NCBI GenBank assembly: GCA_950072105.1
Contig: CATMOE010000050.1
Location: 1 to 26,264, forward strand
Length of the DNA: 26,264 nucleotides
Direction: 5' to 3'
Source: an uncultured Dehalococcoidia bacterium
GTDB lineage: Bacteria; Chloroflexota; Dehalococcoidia; Lucifugimonadales; UBA3495
The notes under the pieces were generated by a model. It was not told the origin of the DNA. It made no database searches and worked only from the letters and a program-made list of their open reading frames with translations. The first letter of the stretch is position 1, and each line of letters starts with the position of its first letter. The position numbers and the translations under genes are program-made. This document shows, piece after piece, positions 9,614 through 17,097 of the stretch.

Positions 9614-10030
9614 ATGGCCGAGGACAACCGGGCGTTTACGGCGGCGGCGTTCAACGCCTACTTAACCCAAGAGAAAAAGTTGGTGGGGGTGCGGTGCCGC
9701 GCCTGCGGGACCCTGTCACCGGAGCCCCGGCCTATGTGTCACGCCTGTCACGGCCGGGATATGGAGTGGCACGAGTTCAGCGGCATGGCCCGGCTTAGCA
9801 CCTTTACCTGCATCTCCATCGTACCGGTGAGCATGAGCAAAAAGGGTTACGGACGGGATAACCCCTACTGCACTGGAATCGTAACGTTGGAAGAAGGACC
9901 GAGGCTAAGCGCCAGAATCATTGGCGTAGACGCCAGAAATCCCCAGGACATCAAAACCGGCATGGAGTTGGTTTTGGACCTGGCGGAAGTGGACCCAGAC
10001 AATCCAACTCCCGCCTTTCGTCCCGCGTAA
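9614..10030 (+). CDS. DUF35 Zn-ribbon/OB-fold protein (thiolase partner)
   Basis: RCRACG...PRPMCHAC Zn ribbon, GIVTLEEGPRLSARI OB-fold, directly downstream of the thiolase. Confidence 0.9.
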   Translation: MAEDNRAFTAAAFNAYLTQEKKLVGVRCRACGTLSPEPRPMCHACHGRDMEWHEFSGMARLSTFTCISIVPVSMSKKGYGRDNPYCTGIVTLEEGPRLSARIIGVDARNPQDIKTGMELVLDLAEVDPDNPTPAFRPA

Positions 10031-10033
10031 ACG

Positions 10034-10086
10034 AGCTATCAGCCGTCAGCATTCAGTCATCAGGACAAGACTAAAGGCTGATAGCT
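10034..10086. repeat. Heptamer-periodic inverted repeat between convergent genes (possible bidirectional terminator)
   Basis: Perfect 11-bp arms AGCTATCAGCC / GGCTGATAGCT, with units TATCAGC CGTCAGC ATTCAGT CATCAGG. Confidence 0.65.
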
Positions 10087-10096
10087 TAAATCTCGA

Positions 10097-10525
10097 TTAA
10101 TCGAATCCGCGAGTGCCGACCCATCCGGTGGCGGAGACATCGACTATTTCACCGTTGGGACCGGTGTACTTGGTTTCCACGTTTGCGTGGACAGCACCCG
10201 GCATGGCGATTCCCAGAGCTTGATTGATGTCGTCCCTGGGCGCTGAGCCGGCCTCCGCCAGCTTCTTCTCTACCTCTTCCAGGTTCTCAACTTCGAAGCC
10301 TATGTGGTGGATGCCGCTGTAATTCTGACCGTACTCCGCTCCAGCCACCTGGTCGTTCTGGAAATCCAAGATAGCCAGGTTGATGTTGCCATCGCTGAGG
10401 TAGTACCCCTTGGCGTTGGGGCTATCCAGCTTGGCAATCTCCCGCATGCCGAATACATCGATGTAGAACTTAGCGGTTCTGTCCGGGTCCTGGGTTGCGA
10501 TGGCTATATGCTTGATCTTCGGCAT
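10097..10525 (-). CDS. VOC (glyoxalase/bleomycin resistance/dioxygenase) family protein
   Basis: IKHIAIATQDPDRTAKFY and GIHHIGFEVENLE motifs. AGGAG RBS. Confidence 0.9.
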   Translation of the reverse strand: MPKIKHIAIATQDPDRTAKFYIDVFGMREIAKLDSPNAKGYYLSDGNINLAILDFQNDQVAGAEYGQNYSGIHHIGFEVENLEEVEKKLAEAGSAPRDDINQALGIAMPGAVHANVETKYTGPNGEIVDVSATGWVGTRGFD

Positions 10526-10773
10526 GTCGCTCCTCTTTTTAGCCTCAAAATGGGCCGGTACCTACGGAAAGTGTCCGCCCTGGCCGGGTTACGTATCAAG
10601 ATACCATTTTTATGCCTGGCCTGCTACCCTAACGCGCCATTGGGAACACCGTTGAAAAAATCGATCACATCGCCTCAATTGATGTAGGGACCACTCGTCA
10701 GGTTCCTAGATCATCCACGCCTAGGACGGAACCATTTACTATTCAAGGATTCGGCATTTAGAATAGTTTCGTC

Positions 10774-11268
10774 ATGGGATATACGATAGACAAAATGTAT
10801 GACGCCGATTGGGATGCGGTACGCGCCATTTACCTGGAGGGCATCGCGACCAGGAATGCGACATTCGAGACCGAGGCGCCCAGCTGGGACACTTGGAACA
10901 ACAACCACCGGCCGGACTGCCGGTTGGTTGCCAGGTCTAACAAAAACGTTCTCGGCTGGGCGGTTCTAAGCCCGGTATCCCGAAGACCGGTATATTCGGG
11001 GGTCGCCGAAGTCAGCGTGTACGTGGCAGCCGATGCCCGGGGTATGGGCGTGGGCAAGGCGTTGCTTCGCTCCCTCATCGATGCATCGGAAAAGGCCGGG
11101 ATCTGGTCCTTGCAAGCCGGCTTATTCAAAGAAAATCCCGCCAGTAACGCACTGCTCAAAGGCGTTGGATTTCGGGAGATCGGCTTCCAGGAACGAAAGG
11201 GTTCCATGGACGGTGTCTGGCGAGACGTGCTGCTCATGGAGCGCAGAAGCCAAGTCGTAGGCGGCTAG
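10774..11268 (+). CDS. GNAT N-acetyltransferase (phosphinothricin/methionine-sulfoximine acetyltransferase-like)
   Basis: IYLEGIATRNATFE, EVSVYVAADARGMGVGKALL, ENPAS, WRDVLLMERRS motifs. Confidence 0.9.
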   Translation: MGYTIDKMYDADWDAVRAIYLEGIATRNATFETEAPSWDTWNNNHRPDCRLVARSNKNVLGWAVLSPVSRRPVYSGVAEVSVYVAADARGMGVGKALLRSLIDASEKAGIWSLQAGLFKENPASNALLKGVGFREIGFQERKGSMDGVWRDVLLMERRSQVVGG

Positions 11269-11346
11269 TTCCTGAGCGATTCCGGGGCCACCGCGGTTCC
11301 GGCCTCCGTTCCTCAGCCATCCCTTGTAGATGCTGCCCAATACCCG

Positions 11347-11355
11347 TGTTAGAAT
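11347..11355 (+). promoter_or_regulatory. Extended -10 promoter upstream of the LLM gene
   Basis: TGTTAGAAT about 140 bp upstream of the ATG. Confidence 0.45.
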
Positions 11356-11497
11356 GATTCCAAACTAGCGACCTTGCGCTCCCCAGGCTCCGTCCGGTTT
11401 GACTACAGGGCCGTCGTCGAAACAATTCGCTGAGATTCCGGCATTTACAGCAAGTGGCTAAACCGGCCTCGGACAGGAAGTAGGATAGGAGGACCCA

Positions 11498-12685
11498 ATG
11501 ACCGTCAACGGCAGAATGAAGTTCGGAGTTTTCATGGCGCCCTTCCACCGTGTAAACGAAAACCCGACACTGGCCCTGGACCGGGACCTGGAATTACTTC
11601 AATGGCTGGACACCTTGGGCTATGATGAAGCTTACATCGGTGAGCACCATAGCGCCGGTTGGGAGACGATAGCGTCGCCTGAGGTATTCATCGCCACCGC
11701 CGCCGAGCGCACCCGGCACATCCGGTTGGGAACCGGCGTCATTAGCCTGCCCTACCATCACCCTTATATGGTGGCCAACCGCATGGTGCTACTTGACCAC
11801 CTCACCAAGGGACGAGTGATCCTAGGCGTAGGGCCGGGAGCCTTGAACACCGACGCCTACATGTTCGGTCTCGACCCCGCCCGGCAACGGGAGATGATGG
11901 ACGAATCCCTAGGTATCATTATTCGGCTGATGACCGAGACCGAGCCTATCACCTACAAGAGCGATTGGTTCGAACTCAACGAAGCCACCCTTCAACTACG
12001 TCCATACCAACAGCCCCACATTCCGGTGGCGGTGGCTTCCGTTGAATCGCCATCGGGGGTAACTCTAGCCGGAAAGCACGGCGCGGCCGTCCTGTCCATG
12101 GCCGTACCCAGGGGCACCGTCCGTAAGACAACTTTGCAAGACCTCTGGTGCATCGCTGAAGAGTCGGCGGCGGAACACGGTAAAACCGTACACCGCGAGG
12201 ACTGGGGAATCGTCTCCGGCGTTCACTTGGCGGAAACCCGGAAGGAAGCCTTCGAGGATATCCGAGAGGGCGGCGCCCGCGTTGTAACCGAGTACTTTGC
12301 CGAAACTCTGGGAAATCCGGCCCCCGACGTACCGCGCGATCAGATCGTCGACCACATGGTGAAAAATAACCAGTGGATCGTTGGCACTCCAGACGACTGT
12401 ATCGCCGGCATCGAGCGGCTGCAGGAGATGAGCGGCGGCTTTGGTAGCTTCATGATTCGAGTGGAAGACTGGGCTTCACGAGAGAAAGTGAACCGCAGCT
12501 ATGAACTTCTGGCGCGCTACGTCATGCCCCACTTCCAAGGCAGCCTGGTTGGGATTCAGAACTCCGCTCGTTGGGCCAGCACGATCAAGGAGACTTTACA
12601 GACCAATCGCCGGATAGCGATCCAGCGGGCAACCGACACTTGGGATGCCCGCAACGAGCCGGAAAAGGTCAACCAGGCAGACTAG
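11498..12685 (+). CDS. Luciferase-like flavin-dependent monooxygenase (limonene 1,2-monooxygenase-like subfamily)
   Basis: FGVFMAPFH...NPTLALDRDLEL, GYDEAYIGEHHSAGWE, RLGTGVISLPYHHP, GVGPGAL motifs. AGGAGG RBS. Confidence 0.92.
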   Translation: MTVNGRMKFGVFMAPFHRVNENPTLALDRDLELLQWLDTLGYDEAYIGEHHSAGWETIASPEVFIATAAERTRHIRLGTGVISLPYHHPYMVANRMVLLDHLTKGRVILGVGPGALNTDAYMFGLDPARQREMMDESLGIIIRLMTETEPITYKSDWFELNEATLQLRPYQQPHIPVAVASVESPSGVTLAGKHGAAVLSMAVPRGTVRKTTLQDLWCIAEESAAEHGKTVHREDWGIVSGVHLAETRKEAFEDIREGGARVVTEYFAETLGNPAPDVPRDQIVDHMVKNNQWIVGTPDDCIAGIERLQEMSGGFGSFMIRVEDWASREKVNRSYELLARYVMPHFQGSLVGIQNSARWASTIKETLQTNRRIAIQRATDTWDARNEPEKVNQAD

Positions 12686-12864
12686 CCCGCCTCTGGATCT
12701 GAATTGTCTGACTCTGGTTGAGCCGGCGGATCCATGTCCATATCTAAGCGAACACCGCCGAAGATAACTCGGCGGTGTTTGGTATTATTGGCCCGAACCC
12801 ATGAAAAACGGCCCAAATTACTGTCGATTGGCACAACCGGTTGGACATTAACATCTGGTATCAT
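12682..12864 (-). CDS. Small hypothetical protein (60 aa)
   Basis: Fills the gap between the LLM gene and the AT-rich pyk promoter region, with an ATG start and a 4-bp convergent overlap. No recognisable motif. Confidence 0.45.
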   Translation of the reverse strand: MIPDVNVQPVVPIDSNLGRFSWVRANNTKHRRVIFGGVRLDMDMDPPAQPESDNSDPEAG

Positions 12865-12985
12865 AGATTATTATGTATAGAAAGTTAAAAAATCGACATT
12901 TGCTCTGGCATCGGCGCAACATCAACTCCATCAGGTCTTGATGGGCCGGAGCAAGATACAGAAGAGCCGGACGAGGTGACCCACT

Positions 12986-14431
12986 ATGCGGAAAACAAAG
13001 ATCATCGTGACCATCGGTCCCGCCTCGCGCGATCCGGAGATTCTGGATCAGTTACTGGAAGCGGGCATGGACTGCGCCCGATTAAATTTCTCCCACGGCA
13101 CCCTGGAAGAGCACGGGGAAGTGATTCGCACGTTGCGCGAATTGGCGAAGCAGCGCCAACGTCCGGTGGCAATCCTACAAGACTTGGGTGGCATCAAACT
13201 TCGTTTGGGCCAGATGGACGGCTCGGTTCGCCTCATTCCTGGCGAAGTCGTTTCCATGGTCACGGATGCAGCGTCGGACCGGCCGGATGTATTACCCTTC
13301 CCCCAGCCCGAAGTGCTCCGCAATCTACGGCCAGGCCATAAGGTATTTATTTCCGATGGTACGGTGTCCTTAGACGTTCTGGAGGCCGGGGACCACGAAG
13401 TAAAACTGAAGGTGCTCAACTCGGCGGGCTTATTATCTTCATTCAAGGGAGTCAACCTCCCCGGAGTGACTATCGACCAACCGGTGCTGACCGAAGCGGA
13501 CAAGATCGCTCTCGTATACGGCATGGAGCAGCAAGTGGACTGGGTGGCGGTATCCTTCGTTCGAAGCTCCGCCGACATCGCCTACGCCAAGGAATATCTG
13601 AAAGCCATCGGTAGTAACGCCTTGGTCATGGCCAAGATGGAACGGGGTGATGGAATCGATAATATTGATTCCATCCTTGAAGTGGTTGACGGGGTAATGG
13701 TGGCCCGGGGCGACATGGGGGTGGAGATTCCCATAGAGCAAGTGCCATTAGTACAAAAATCGATGGTCAAAAAGGCGAACGAGGCGGCCAAAGTATCGGC
13801 CATCGCTACCCAGATGCTGCGTTCCATGGTCGAGTCGCCGACGCCAACCCGGGCCGAGGTTTCGGACATCACCAACGCCGTTCTGGACGGATGCGACGCT
13901 ATTTTATTGTCGGACGAAACAGCGATAGGTCAGTTTCCAGTCGAAACAGTGAAAGTGGCCGAATCCACGATCAGATCGGCCGAATCTATATATCCGTACC
14001 ACCAAGAGCATAGTCCACGGAACCGAACCCAGGCCATCGCCTTGGCAGCGGGTCAACTGGTCAAGTCCCTGAACTCCAAGCCTATCGTCATCACCAGCAC
14101 CGGCCGGGCGGCCTTTGAGGTATCCCGGGTCCGCCCGGAAAACGGCGTCTTGGTTTTCTCCCATGATGAAGCCGTATTGCAAAAGATGTGCCTGGGTTGG
14201 GGGCTCTACCCTATCGGCGTCGTCTCGCCGGAGCGGGATGTGGCAACGCTGGTTGGAACGCTGATCAATGCGGCGTTGGACTCGGGGATGGTTCAGCATG
14301 ACGACGTGGTAACCATTGTCCACGGATTCCTACCCGGTGTCTCGGGGACAACCAACACCATCCAAGTTCTGGACATCGGCGAGTACTTGTCTCGCTCTGC
14401 GGCTAGGCAAACAGCCGCAGTGGCAACCTAG
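12986..14431 (+). CDS. pyk: Pyruvate kinase
   Basis: KTKIIVTIGPAS, ARLNFSHG, KGVNLPG, MVARGDMGVE, ATQMLRSM, PTRAEVSD motifs. GAGGTG RBS. Confidence 0.97.
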   Translation: MRKTKIIVTIGPASRDPEILDQLLEAGMDCARLNFSHGTLEEHGEVIRTLRELAKQRQRPVAILQDLGGIKLRLGQMDGSVRLIPGEVVSMVTDAASDRPDVLPFPQPEVLRNLRPGHKVFISDGTVSLDVLEAGDHEVKLKVLNSAGLLSSFKGVNLPGVTIDQPVLTEADKIALVYGMEQQVDWVAVSFVRSSADIAYAKEYLKAIGSNALVMAKMERGDGIDNIDSILEVVDGVMVARGDMGVEIPIEQVPLVQKSMVKKANEAAKVSAIATQMLRSMVESPTPTRAEVSDITNAVLDGCDAILLSDETAIGQFPVETVKVAESTIRSAESIYPYHQEHSPRNRTQAIALAAGQLVKSLNSKPIVITSTGRAAFEVSRVRPENGVLVFSHDEAVLQKMCLGWGLYPIGVVSPERDVATLVGTLINAALDSGMVQHDDVVTIVHGFLPGVSGTTNTIQVLDIGEYLSRSAARQTAAVAT

Positions 14432-14530
14432 TACGTATCCAATATCGCCCCACAAGATCAGGGCGAACATCTTGTCCCGATTCGTGTTGAGCTATTTGCA
14501 TCGCATCTTGGAATATTCGGATATGCTCGC

Positions 14531-15535
14531 GTGAATCTAAGCCCGGGCGTCATTGTTCAGCTATTTGTATCGGTTTGCCTGCTAGCCTCTTGCACTCAGG
14601 CCTCGGCCGCCCCCACGTCAATCGCCGCGCCTGCCAGCACGCCAAAGGCCAAGGTGGGCTTCAGCGCCGACCCCTTGCCGCCTATCCAGCCTGAGTGGAC
14701 CGCCAGACTGACCCGATCGCTATCACTGATTCCCAGCGGGTACAGTCCCGCGATATTCCTGGACGTGCAAGCCGCTCTGGCGAACGCCGGAATCCAAGAA
14801 TCGTTGGACCTAGAGGTATTGGGACTGCTGGATACCCTACAACCCGGCGCATCGGCATCGGTGGATTCCGCGGTAGTTGCTTTTAGCCGGCACCGCGATG
14901 GGATGATTATGGTGATCCAAGGTTCTTTGGACGTGGACGGATTGCTGGCGGCGGCCGGTGGCCTTGGTCTAGTCGAACTGGGCCAAGAGCCGGAGAAACA
15001 TAGAGACTATGACATCCAAAGCGTCGACGTGTTTGACATCTCTCTTGCCTTGGCCTCGGTGGATGGATCATCGCTATTGATCGCGACGGGGTCGCCCTCG
15101 GTTGGAGCCACTGGGCCCGAGCGGATCAGGACCGCTCTTGATTCATTCGATGGATTGGTCACCGGATTGCTGGACGACCCGGAAACCAGCCGGATGGTGA
15201 GGGAATTGCCCCCAGGGATGATGGCGATGGTGTTGGGCAACTGCGCCAACCTGACCGTTCTATTCCACAGCCGCACATTGCAGGGATGCACCAGAGCCGT
15301 GATCAGTTCGGAACTCGCGGAAACCGGCTCAGGAGCGATTAACGCTATCGTTGGATATGAAAACGAAGCCCAAGCGTCCACGGCGATGGAACTGATGGGC
15401 GAACAGGGATTTCAACTAGATGGGGTAACTCTTGAAAACGTCGCCATGGTCCAGGAGAGATCACTGCTGCGGCTGAAGCTACCGGCCAATGCGGATCAAG
15501 TCGCTACGGCCTTTGAGACACTTAGACTTCCATAA
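14531..15535 (+). CDS. Hypothetical secreted protein or lipoprotein
   Basis: 334-aa ORF with a hydrophobic N-terminus, lipobox-like LASC and a Pro/Ala/Thr-rich linker. Confidence 0.75.
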   Translation: MNLSPGVIVQLFVSVCLLASCTQASAAPTSIAAPASTPKAKVGFSADPLPPIQPEWTARLTRSLSLIPSGYSPAIFLDVQAALANAGIQESLDLEVLGLLDTLQPGASASVDSAVVAFSRHRDGMIMVIQGSLDVDGLLAAAGGLGLVELGQEPEKHRDYDIQSVDVFDISLALASVDGSSLLIATGSPSVGATGPERIRTALDSFDGLVTGLLDDPETSRMVRELPPGMMAMVLGNCANLTVLFHSRTLQGCTRAVISSELAETGSGAINAIVGYENEAQASTAMELMGEQGFQLDGVTLENVAMVQERSLLRLKLPANADQVATAFETLRLP

Positions 15536-15555
15536 CTGCTACAGAAGAATCCGGC

Positions 15556-15611
15556 CCGTCAACCAGCTCGGAGCGATGGAGTTTTCCCGTTCATAGTGAG
15601 CCTGTCGAACC
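15556..15611. repeat. Degenerate REP-like palindromic element (GTGAGCCTGTCGAAC type)
   Basis: CCGTTCATAGTGAGCCTGTCGAACC is preceded by a decayed complementary arm CCGTCAACCAGCTCGGAGCGATGG, between convergent genes. Confidence 0.5.
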
Positions 15612-15636
15612 GCTTCAATGCGTATTCAAACAGATT

Positions 15637-17097
15637 TTAGGCGGTAACCGGCAGGGAATGGGGAAGGCTGGTGCGGCCCATCAGGTACATGTCTAGTCCC
15701 CGAGCCGCTTCCCGCCCTTCGGCTATAGCCCAAACCACCAGGGATTGACCTCTGGAGGCGTCCCCGCCGGCAAACACGCCGGGGAGGCTGGTCATCTTGT
15801 TCTCGTCCGTTTTGATGTTGCCCATGGGGTCCAATTCAACACCAAGCTCCTCAATCATTCCACTGTGTTCTGGATGCAGAAATCCCATGGCCAGTAACAC
15901 CAGGTCCGTTTCTACGACGAATTCGCTGCCCGCTATCTCTTGCAACATGGGGCGTCCGTTGCTGTCGGACTGGCTCCAGTCGATACGCACGGCATGGAGT
16001 TGTTCCACCCGGCCGTCTCTACCGGTGAACGACTTGGTCAAAACGTCATAGTCCCGGATACCGCCTTCTTCATGGGCCGGCGAAGAGCGCAATATCTGCG
16101 GCCATTGGGGCCAAGGATTGCTGGACCGGCGCTTCTCCGGTGGCTCTGACATTAACTCTAATTGGTAAACTACCTCGGCTCCCTGCCGCAAGGCGGTGCC
16201 CAGGCAGTCGGCGCCGGTGTCCCCACCGCCCAGAATCACCACCCGTTTGCCCTGGGCGGTTATGCGTTGGGAAGGGTCCACAGATTGGCCGGCAAGAAGC
16301 CGATTCTGTTGAGTAAGGTACTCCATCGCCAGGTGAATGCCATTCAGTTCGCGGCCCGGCACAGGTAGGTCTCTACCTTCGGTGGAACCACAGGTGAGAC
16401 AGACGGCGTCGTACTCAGCCAGCAGCCTTTTGACGGGGAAGTCGCGTCCCACGTTGACACCAGTCTCGAAAACGACTCCTTCGTCAGCCATCACATCGAC
16501 GCGCCTGGCCACCACCTCTTTATCCAGTTTGAAATCGGGAATCCCCAGAGTAAGCAGGCCGCCGATATATTCGTCCCGCTCCATTACGGTGACCCAATGG
16601 CCCGCCCGGTTAAGCTGCTGGGCCACCGCCAGACCCGCCGGTCCGGAACCCACGACAGCTACTTTTTTTCCGGTCCGTATCAGGGGCGGCTCCGGCTTGA
16701 TCCAACCCTCATCGAATCCCCGGTCGGCAATCTCTTTTTCGATGTATTCAATCGTCACCGGATCGTCGTTGATGTTAAGGACACAGGCTGCTTCGCAAGG
16801 GGCCGGGCAGATCCGTCCGGTGAACTCCGGAAAGTTATTGGTAGAATGCAGAACCCGAAGAGCCGACTCCCAGTTCCCCAGGAATACCTGATGGTTAAAA
16901 TCCGGAATAACATTGCCCAATGGGCAGCCCATGTGACAAAAAGGCACCGCGCAGTCCATGCACCGGCTGCCCTGAGCCTTGGCTTCATTTTCCGGCCAGC
17001 GCTGATAGAGTTCCCGATAGTCGCTCTTTCGCTCTGCAACCGGACGCCGTTGGGGAGGGTTGCGTTTGGATTGAAGGAAACCTGACGGGTCACCCAT
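15637..17097 (-). CDS. gltD: Glutamate synthase small (beta) subunit
   Basis: RCMDCAVPFCHMGCPLGN, GRICPAPCEAAC, VGSGPAGL, GGGDTGADC, RGQSLVVWAI motifs. ATG 17097 overlaps the gltB stop (ATGGGTGA). Confidence 0.95.
   Translation of the reverse strand: MGDPSGFLQSKRNPPQRRPVAERKSDYRELYQRWPENEAKAQGSRCMDCAVPFCHMGCPLGNVIPDFNHQVFLGNWESALRVLHSTNNFPEFTGRICPAPCEAACVLNINDDPVTIEYIEKEIADRGFDEGWIKPEPPLIRTGKKVAVVGSGPAGLAVAQQLNRAGHWVTVMERDEYIGGLLTLGIPDFKLDKEVVARRVDVMADEGVVFETGVNVGRDFPVKRLLAEYDAVCLTCGSTEGRDLPVPGRELNGIHLAMEYLTQQNRLLAGQSVDPSQRITAQGKRVVILGGGDTGADCLGTALRQGAEVVYQLELMSEPPEKRRSSNPWPQWPQILRSSPAHEEGGIRDYDVLTKSFTGRDGRVEQLHAVRIDWSQSDSNGRPMLQEIAGSEFVVETDLVLLAMGFLHPEHSGMIEELGVELDPMGNIKTDENKMTSLPGVFAGGDASRGQSLVVWAIAEGREAARGLDMYLMGRTSLPHSLPVTA

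Noticed and set aside
11470..11495. GGAAGTAGG resembling part of the glnA glutamine riboswitch
   Set aside because: The flanking P1 and GAAGGAACG elements are absent.
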